In this document: positions 32,800 to 38,632 of the stretch, piece by piece
How positions within the stretch are numbered: the first letter of the stretch is position 1
How the letters are laid out: each line of letters starts with the position of its first letter
Virus record (IMG/VR): IMGVR_UViG_3300009838_000011
Coordinates: 1 to 38,632 of that record
Direction: 5' to 3' (one strand)
DNA from: a virus
DNA: 38,632 bases
Translations under genes and position numbers: made by a program
The notes under the pieces: model-generated
Told to the model about the DNA's origin: nothing
Seen by the model: the letters and a program-made list of their open reading frames with translations, nothing else
Database searches by the model: none

Positions 32800-33201
32800 T
32801 TAAGCTCCATCATCAGCAAAAATATAATATTTATAAACCATTGTTCGGCTAGTACCACTATTATTATAAAATTTTATTACAGTGGTAGTGGTAGTTAAAT
32901 AACTATCATAACTAGTTATTCCTGAATTTAAAATTGCGATTGGATTTGAAGCTAAATAACTTCCAATATAATAATTTCCACTACTAGGAACATTCTCACA
33001 ATAAGCTAAAGCAATAGGAATGAAACCTAAATTATGAGTAATAGTAACTGTTTGATATTCTGAATCAGCAACAGTTATATTTCCACTACCTTCCATAAAT
33101 ATTTTAACAATGGCATATTGTGAATTAAAAGCAAAATCTCTTGGTTCTACAGAATCAACACTTTTTCCATCAACCATTACTTTTAATCCCCAGTCGGCCA
33201 T
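32800..33201 (-). CDS. Tail-associated protein, paralog 2 of the DWG-K family
   Basis: 133 aa: MADWGLKVMVDGKSVDSVEPRDFAFNSQYAIVK...HNLGFIPIALAY...YKYYIF. Confidence 0.5.
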   Translation of the reverse strand: MADWGLKVMVDGKSVDSVEPRDFAFNSQYAIVKIFMEGSGNITVADSEYQTVTITHNLGFIPIALAYCENVPSSGNYYIGSYLASNPIAILNSGITSYDSYLTTTTTVIKFYNNSGTSRTMVYKYYIFADDGA

Positions 33202-33525
33202 TTAAAAGACCTCCTGAAAGAAAATATAATATCTCATGATATTAGTAGACCATTCATAACCAGTATATAAATAAGTTGAATCCACCCCTGTTTGATTCCA
33301 ACTATCAGTAGCTAATGAATATTTCCCTTCTCCAACCTTACTAGTAGTTAAAAAAATAGGTTTATAAGCCAACCCATGAGCAATAGATTGAATACCATAA
33401 GCATTAATACTTCCAGTTGTTTTTGTTTTAAGAGTATTTAACTTTGAACTAAAAACCAATTGATCATCAGTACAAGTTTTTACATCAAAACCTTCTTTAC
33501 TAATTTTCATTCCCCAATCAGCCAT
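33202..33525 (-). CDS. Tail-associated protein, paralog 1 of the DWG-K family
   Basis: 107 aa: MADWGMKISKEGFDVKTCTDDQLVFSSKLNTLK...HGLAYKPIFL...MRYYIF. Confidence 0.5.
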   Translation of the reverse strand: MADWGMKISKEGFDVKTCTDDQLVFSSKLNTLKTKTTGSINAYGIQSIAHGLAYKPIFLTTSKVGEGKYSLATDSWNQTGVDSTYLYTGYEWSTNIMRYYIFFQEVF

Positions 33526-33915
33526 TTAAAACCCTCCCGATTGATACCCAATTAAAATTCTATCATTAGTACCATCATTAATAATTATTCTTTTATTACC
33601 TCCATCAAGGATAATCGAAGCAGTACCAGTTCCAGTCCCCAACCTTATTGTTCCACTCATAGGCTGATTAGTTCCGGTTTTAGATAAATAAGCAGTTAAA
33701 TCCAAAGAAGTAGCTGTAATGTTTCCATCCATATCTACACTGAAAGGCGCATCTTCAAAGAAATTAGCACCAAGCCAAATACCCTGATCATCTGATTTAA
33801 ACGATTTATCACCAAAACCAACATTCATCGCCGCCACATTTAAAGTATCCTTCCCATAAGTAGAAGGATTATTTAGTTGATAATCTGGTACATCATTAAA
33901 AGCATCTACTATCAT
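33526..33915 (-). CDS. Tail/fibre-associated small protein
   Basis: 129 aa with ...DQGIWLGANFFEDAPFSVDMDGNITA... and ...IILDGGNKRIIINDGTNDRILIG.... This is a pattern I associate with podovirus appendage proteins (memory only). Confidence 0.4.
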   Translation of the reverse strand: MIVDAFNDVPDYQLNNPSTYGKDTLNVAAMNVGFGDKSFKSDDQGIWLGANFFEDAPFSVDMDGNITATSLDLTAYLSKTGTNQPMSGTIRLGTGTGTASIILDGGNKRIIINDGTNDRILIGYQSGGF

Positions 33916-35366
33916 TTGACAAATACTGCTCCACTCTCAATGGCTGGAGCTGTATTGCCACTAACAGTGAAGGCTAATTTAACTTGTAACACTGAAACTT
34001 CATCACCCTGTTCTCCATTAATTATCAATCTAGCAGTATCAACTTTATGGTCCATTAAAACATAAGCAGCATAATTTTTACTTAAATAAACATCTAAATC
34101 ACAACTAGTTGGCATTTCCTGATAAGCAAACATAACACTATCTACTGTTGAAAATTCTTCTCGCTTTACATGAATTACTCTAGTTTCTAAATAAGCCTTT
34201 TCCAATTTATTAGAATAATCTAGTTTATCAATACCTATTGTTATTGTTGCTCCGACTGTATGTCGCCAAGAGACATAAACATTAAATCCGGAAACTGCTA
34301 TTGCTCCAATTTCTACTCCCGTAACTACCAAATCAGTTCCTGACCTTTCAGAAATAGGATAAGGAAAATCCATAATTAAAGGATATTTAGCATCATAACT
34401 AGCCATTCGATAAACCCCACTATCTGCCGGATCACCTAATCCATTAGAAAAACCCATTAAAATATCTCCGTTTAAATTACCTATCGCACTTGGACCAACT
34501 GAACCATATTTAGTTGGAGAATAATCACCGGGAATCTTTTTATAAAGTTTAAGTCTCTCTCCATCATAAGAATATAAATTACCTGCTAATCCCGCCTGAA
34601 CAATCACAAAATTATCAGTTGGAATAAAGGCATTAATCCCCACTTCGGGAATAGTATCAGAAGAAGTAAAAGAAACGGACCAAGTATTCCATCTAAAAAT
34701 TTGAGTTTGAGTAATAGTATCTGATACCCAAGTACCCACCAATAAATCAGTTCCAATCTGTCCTAACGATTTAACTCGATAAGGAGCAACCATATCTAAA
34801 GCCATTGCCGAAAAAGTACCAGCATCAACTTGAGCCACATAATTAGCATCACCAATATAAAGAACTTGGTTGCCGGTATTAACATACATTGGATGAAACA
34901 GTAAATCAGTTTTAGTAAATGTAGCCCAATTAAGCGCTTTGTTTGCCGCCCATTCACTTGCCCCTTCAGCATCAGTAGCTAAAATACGATGTAATCGGCT
35001 CTGTGTAGCCCAATAGATGTAACCTTGATATTCACAAGCCCCAAGACATTTAACTTCACCAGCGGCGGCAGTAGTAGTTAAAACAAGGGTTATAGAACCA
35101 GCGCTATCAATTTCCCAAATTTTTCCTGATTCGGATGAAAAGAAATAAACTCGGCCATTACTAGAGACCACTCTTTCTTTACAAAATTCAGTAACAGTAG
35201 TTCCAGACATTTTAGTCATTTTTTGAGCTACTTTAAGTAAACCGGGAGATGAATGGGGATCAACACCTGTTAATTTATAAAATGAATTAGCTACACCGGA
35301 CCACTTAGAATCAGCTAAACCACCTTTATTAAATTCTGATATTGGAATTGTAGGTTTATTTGCCAT
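33912..35366 (-). CDS. Tail protein, probable beta-propeller fold
   Basis: 484 aa with about six recurrences of a hydrophobic strand followed by a G/D turn (GRVYFFSSESGKIWEID, GYIYWATQSRLHRI, NQVLYIGDANYVAQVD, TDLLVGTWVSD, GNLYSYDG, GDILMGFSNG). Confidence 0.4.
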   Translation of the reverse strand: MANKPTIPISEFNKGGLADSKWSGVANSFYKLTGVDPHSSPGLLKVAQKMTKMSGTTVTEFCKERVVSSNGRVYFFSSESGKIWEIDSAGSITLVLTTTAAAGEVKCLGACEYQGYIYWATQSRLHRILATDAEGASEWAANKALNWATFTKTDLLFHPMYVNTGNQVLYIGDANYVAQVDAGTFSAMALDMVAPYRVKSLGQIGTDLLVGTWVSDTITQTQIFRWNTWSVSFTSSDTIPEVGINAFIPTDNFVIVQAGLAGNLYSYDGERLKLYKKIPGDYSPTKYGSVGPSAIGNLNGDILMGFSNGLGDPADSGVYRMASYDAKYPLIMDFPYPISERSGTDLVVTGVEIGAIAVSGFNVYVSWRHTVGATITIGIDKLDYSNKLEKAYLETRVIHVKREEFSTVDSVMFAYQEMPTSCDLDVYLSKNYAAYVLMDHKVDTARLIINGEQGDEVSVLQVKLAFTVSGNTAPAIESGAVFVK

Positions 35367-35369
35367 AAT

Positions 35370-36305
35370 TTAACCTAATAAATGTAAATTAATAGTTAGT
35401 GTTCCAGTTGGTGATCCGGTTTTAGTCCAAGTTAAAGTTAAACCATCAGCATCCCAAGTTTTAATAATAGCAGATTGTCTATTTCCAGAAGTAGGAGAAA
35501 AGAAAACCAAACAAGCACCAAAAGTAGAAGTATTATTATAATAATTAGTTGAATCTCCATCTTTTTTTAAAGCATTATTTGTTTTTGCTGAATCACCAAT
35601 ACCAAAAGATATAGTAGCACCACCACTCGCCGCCATAGCAAAAACAGAACTAGGTGCAAATCCAGCACCAGTATACGAAACATCACCAGTTTCTGCTGCT
35701 AAATCTCTAGTAATTTGTAAAACCTTTGATTTTAACCTAGTTGTAACACCTCCAGTACCTACAGCATTTAATTGTGTAGCTGTAACTGTTAAAGCAACAT
35801 CTTCATTTATTTTAGGAGAAGTAAGGGTTTTATTAGTTAAAGTAGTAGTAAGAGAATCAAAATAAGTTTTTAATGCTGCTTTAACATTTGCCCAAGTCAA
35901 TTTTCTAATTATATGAGAAGCGGTACTATCGGTTAATGGAATTAAATCAGCATCTATTGGAGGTGTTTTATCAGTTGCCGCATTAATTTTAGTTCCTAAA
36001 GTTGAAGTTGTTTCATCACCAGTATTATTACCACTTAGAGTATTACCATCTAATTGATTAATTTCAGTAGCCGAAGCTGTAACTGCTACATCTTCATTTA
36101 ATTTTGGTAGTGTAAGTCGTTTATTAGTAAGAGTTTGAGTAAGTGAAGCTAACCAATCAGCAATTTGTTGAAGAGTAGACTTCTTAGAAGATCCAGTAGC
36201 AGCATCAGTAGAATCAGAAACATCAACAACATTAACTAAATCACCACTTTCTGGTGTATCTATTGCTGTCAATTCGGGTACTGTTTTATCTTCTAAATCT
36301 GCCAT
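35370..36305 (-). CDS. Tail fibre protein (two copies of the TNK-x-LT-x-PK-x-NEDVA motif)
   Basis: 311 aa with LTNKRLTLPKLNEDVAVTASATEINQLDG and LTNKTLTSPKINEDVALTVTATQLNAVG. The motif is shared with ORF 37433-38536. Confidence 0.6.
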   Translation of the reverse strand: MADLEDKTVPELTAIDTPESGDLVNVVDVSDSTDAATGSSKKSTLQQIADWLASLTQTLTNKRLTLPKLNEDVAVTASATEINQLDGNTLSGNNTGDETTSTLGTKINAATDKTPPIDADLIPLTDSTASHIIRKLTWANVKAALKTYFDSLTTTLTNKTLTSPKINEDVALTVTATQLNAVGTGGVTTRLKSKVLQITRDLAAETGDVSYTGAGFAPSSVFAMAASGGATISFGIGDSAKTNNALKKDGDSTNYYNNTSTFGACLVFFSPTSGNRQSAIIKTWDADGLTLTWTKTGSPTGTLTINLHLLG

Positions 36306-36307
36306 AT

Positions 36308-37369
36308 TTATTTATTCCAAGTAGTATTATTTTTGGAGTTAGAACCCCAACTACTAACTGTTTTAGCAATATTAGAAAAGATTGAACCTCTCCTTATTAC
36401 TATATTAATTTTACTATTATCTTGAAACAAAAGATAGCTTCCATCCTGTAATTTTAGCTTTGAAGGTCTAAATTTTTCGGTTTTATTCCAATCACTATCA
36501 TTTTTACTTTGTTTACTGAAACTAGAAATAATTTTTACTATTTTATTCCAACCTTCAACAAAAAATCCATTTAAATATTTTTTAATAGTATCTACAATAC
36601 CAACAATATTAGAAAATGATTTTAACCACATCTTGGTAATTCCATTATCAATAGCTGATAAAACATCACTTAGAGTACGAGCATAAAAAACATTCTGAAC
36701 AACTGTAGATAAAGAAATTATTGAATCAGTTAGTGTTCGGTAATATTGACCAGCAATAGCAAAGAAATCAGTAATATGAAAAGTATCTAATAAATTCTTA
36801 ATTCCTTTATTAAAATAGGTTGATATTACTGTATATGAATCATTAAAACTCCTAGTAAAACTCTTTATAAAAGTAACCACTAATATAAGTTCTTCTGTAA
36901 AAACTCTATTAAAGACTAAAAGAATATTAATTACTTCTGATAAATTTATTGCTTCTAAAAATGTTTTAACTTGTTGCTTAATAAAAATATCAACTACTGT
37001 ATAAATATCACTCAATCCCCTTGCTATGGACCGAATTAAAGTACTAGTTATAGTAATTGTACTTGTTAAAGTTTTAACTAAAGCCCGAACAATTAAACTC
37101 TCATTTAGAATAATTGAACTTGATAATACTTTAATACCCTTATTAATTAATGTTGAAGTTACCGAATATAAATCACTTAATCCTCTTGTTATTGCTTTTA
37201 TTACTGTACTATTGGTAATAATATTACTTGATAAAGTTTTACCAATAGAACGAATAATACTTGAAGTTAAGACTAATGTTTCAGATAGAGTTTTTGTATA
37301 GTCCGTACCGGCAGATACCCTGCCCATACCACCATAAGATGTACCTCCATAAGTTGTTGATCCATACAT
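36308..37369 (-). CDS. Repeat protein: about 13 tandem 18-20-aa units, fibre or needle candidate
   Basis: 353 aa with a Gly/Tyr-rich N-terminus (MYGSTTYGGTSYGGMG). Then come units of the form [KR]-x-L-[ST]-[DES]-x-[ILV]-x-[ILV]-x-[ST]-x-[ILV]-[IL]-[KR]-x-[ILV]-x, for example KTLSETLVLTSSIIRSIG, KTLSSNIITNSTVIKAIT and RGLSDLYSVTSTLINKGI. Confidence 0.55.
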   Translation of the reverse strand: MYGSTTYGGTSYGGMGRVSAGTDYTKTLSETLVLTSSIIRSIGKTLSSNIITNSTVIKAITRGLSDLYSVTSTLINKGIKVLSSSIILNESLIVRALVKTLTSTITITSTLIRSIARGLSDIYTVVDIFIKQQVKTFLEAINLSEVINILLVFNRVFTEELILVVTFIKSFTRSFNDSYTVISTYFNKGIKNLLDTFHITDFFAIAGQYYRTLTDSIISLSTVVQNVFYARTLSDVLSAIDNGITKMWLKSFSNIVGIVDTIKKYLNGFFVEGWNKIVKIISSFSKQSKNDSDWNKTEKFRPSKLKLQDGSYLLFQDNSKINIVIRRGSIFSNIAKTVSSWGSNSKNNTTWNK

Positions 37370-37432
37370 ATATTAATTATACCTTTACTTGACTTTACTT
37401 TCTTTTTTTACCAATACATTTTTTATTTATAG

Positions 37433-38536
37433 TTAAGCGGCTTCATAAGTACCAGACATAACGCAGTAATGACCAGCTGCCCAAGTTAAAGGAACAGTGG
37501 AACTACAACCAGAAATAGTAGTATAAGTACCACTTGCATTGTAAGCAAAAATTATTCCATTACCAGTAATTGATAGGTGATAAGATGTTGCACCATCAAA
37601 AACCGAACCATGACCAAGACCATCGGTATAAGCACCATAACCAGAACTAGCACTCACTGGCAAAGTTAAACTTATAGCACCGACTGATATTCCTGTTCCG
37701 CCTAATACAAATTTAATTCTCCAATGAACAGTTTTACCTATTTGGCAATAAGCACCCACTAAAGTTCCAGTTGAACCCACATTTAAGTTGGCAATCGTTG
37801 GATTAAAAGATGTCCAAGCACCTGTTTGCCCATCTAAAGCATTTAATTCAGCAGCAGTTGAGGTAACAGCAGTACCAGCACCGGCACCAAGTTTTAAGCC
37901 ACCATCAGCAATAGATAATGTATCAACATTTTTGTCCGCACCTAGAACTAATGCTTTACTAGCAACAGCAGTACCAGCGACAGAACCATCAATTAAATTT
38001 ACCTCTGTAGCAGTAGCACTTATGGCTACATCTTCATTTAATTTTGGAGAAGTAAATCTTTTATTAGTTTGAGTTTCAGTTCTGGAGGCCAAGTCAATCC
38101 ATTTTAATCCTGTAGTTTCACCACTATCAGCCACTAAACCATATCCATTAGTTCCAACACCAAGTCTGGCATAAACAGTTGAAAAGGTTAATAAATCTCC
38201 CTTAGTAGTTAAGACATCAATTTGATCCCATACTCCATCAGTAGGAGATAAATAAAATTCATCACCAACTACTACAGTTCTAGCATTAGAAGATTCTTGT
38301 GTACGAGTAATAGTGAAATTATCATTGGCCGGATCATGAGAAGTAACAAGGACCACTTCGGCATTATCTGGATTAGCTGGAACACCAGCGGCTTTAATAA
38401 CACAAACATAAGTACCACCTGAAGTATTGGGAAATCTAGCACCTTCACCACTAGCACAAACTAAAGTAGTACCGGATGCAGCAGGACTTGGAGCAGTAGC
38501 GACTGTTGTATAAGCAAAATTCTTTCTCTGATACAT
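37433..38536 (-). CDS. Tail fibre protein
   Basis: 367 aa. The N-terminal domain (...EVVLVTSHDPANDNFTITRTQESSNARTVVVGDEFYL...) follows a pattern common at phage fibre N-termini. The central QTNKRFTSPKLNEDVAISATATEVNLIDG motif is shared with ORF 35370-36305. Its first 27 nt lie in the terminal repeat. Confidence 0.6.
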   Translation of the reverse strand: MYQRKNFAYTTVATAPSPAASGTTLVCASGEGARFPNTSGGTYVCVIKAAGVPANPDNAEVVLVTSHDPANDNFTITRTQESSNARTVVVGDEFYLSPTDGVWDQIDVLTTKGDLLTFSTVYARLGVGTNGYGLVADSGETTGLKWIDLASRTETQTNKRFTSPKLNEDVAISATATEVNLIDGSVAGTAVASKALVLGADKNVDTLSIADGGLKLGAGAGTAVTSTAAELNALDGQTGAWTSFNPTIANLNVGSTGTLVGAYCQIGKTVHWRIKFVLGGTGISVGAISLTLPVSASSGYGAYTDGLGHGSVFDGATSYHLSITGNGIIFAYNASGTYTTISGCSSTVPLTWAAGHYCVMSGTYEAA

Positions 38537-38632
38537 AGTTTAATTATAAACTAAATCATCAGTATTAGGCAGTTGTTACCTGAATATTATGTGTAATTTG
38601 AAGTGAATCACCAGAAACAACATTGACTGCTG
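38510..38632. repeat. Terminal direct repeat, copy 2 (identical to 1-123)
   Basis: Read directly; see copy 1. Confidence 0.95.

Noticed and set aside
261-38072. All plus-strand ORFs in the supplied track (for example 261-545, 5128-5346, 5535-5750, 5844-6083, 6126-6482, 6690-6941, 7854-8105, 10365-10568, 13705-13893, 14048-14260, 16285-16551, 20746-20952, 21688-22027, 22814-23020, 24011-24316, 27435-27985, 28600-28953, 30346-30552, 30988-31272, 31790-31990, 33877-34065, 37026-37301, 37788-38072)
   Set aside because: Each lies antisense inside a longer, well-supported minus-strand gene. Their translations are F/L/S/I-rich low complexity typical of shadow frames in AT-rich DNA. None has a ribosome-binding site or a coupled neighbour.
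169-38457. Minus-strand ORFs nested out of frame inside larger genes (169-363, 6427-6675, 13222-13419, 19227-19463, 20760-20957, 24909-25091, 27969-28211, 38272-38457)
   Set aside because: They are fully embedded in alternative frames of recognisable genes, have an L/K-rich composition and no start signals. I treat them as chance ORFs.
38540-38580. CUGAUGA string on the minus strand between ORF 56-700 and the fibre gene: a hammerhead ribozyme core?
   Set aside because: The required GAAA after stem II and a stem III/cleavage-site arrangement are absent. The apparent stems are simply the palindromic TATAAT-type box plus flanking CTGAT/ATCAG complementarity.
1-38632. Alternative genetic code (stop-codon reassignment), as seen in some metagenomic phages
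   Set aside because: TAA, TAG and TGA all terminate well-delimited genes, including multiple ATGA and TAATG coupled junctions. Long ORFs, including the 3,706-aa one, are intact under the standard code.
1-38632. CRISPR array, diversity-generating retroelement or retron
   Set aside because: No array of 25-40-nt direct repeats with unique spacers is present; the only tandem repeat is a 13-mer x2.4. No reverse-transcriptase-like ORF is present.

Overview
The window is a complete tailed-phage genome. Nt 1-123 are repeated exactly at 38510-38632, so the unique unit is 38,509 bp (a circularly closed or terminally redundant assembly). The sequence is AT-rich by eye. Every credible protein gene lies on the minus strand, tightly packed with many ATGA/TAATG start-stop overlaps.

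In transcription order (descending coordinates, wrapping through the repeat):
- Early module of small genes, 17533 down to 11187: an HNH-like nuclease, a DUF1064 nuclease, zinc-ribbon and membrane mini-proteins.
- Packaging and head module, 11136 down to about 2300: terS, terL, portal, an acidic scaffold-like protein, an N4-gp56-type major capsid protein, a small decoration-like protein and a beta-helix protein.
- Neck, tail and fibre module, 2260 down to 56, then 38536 down to 31505.
- A 452-aa ORF followed by a 3,706-aa giant ORF (19015-30135, about 29% of the genome).
- Lysis cassette: an Amidase_3 endolysin plus two TM proteins.

The giant ORF combines Gly-zipper TM segments, a gamma-type N6-adenine methyltransferase (EPSAGTG...NPPF), a DExH/SNF2-like helicase (GVGKT, DEVH, QVEGRVWRQGN), an HEIGH zincin and a C-terminal lysozyme/lytic-transglycosylase-like motif (STDRGLFRINN). 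I read it as a virion-delivered polyvalent protein (DarB-like modules fused to an ejection protein).

I recognised no DNA polymerase, RNA polymerase, primase or integrase.

Non-coding content:
- One canonical tRNA-Thr(UGU), on the opposite (plus) strand.
- An orphan tRNA 3' module ending in CCA that abuts a start codon.
- Three structured non-coding islands in the early region.
- Intrinsic terminators.
- A recurrent palindromic TATAATTAATTATA box fused to start codons.

All functional calls come from motif and pattern recognition by eye. No searches were run.
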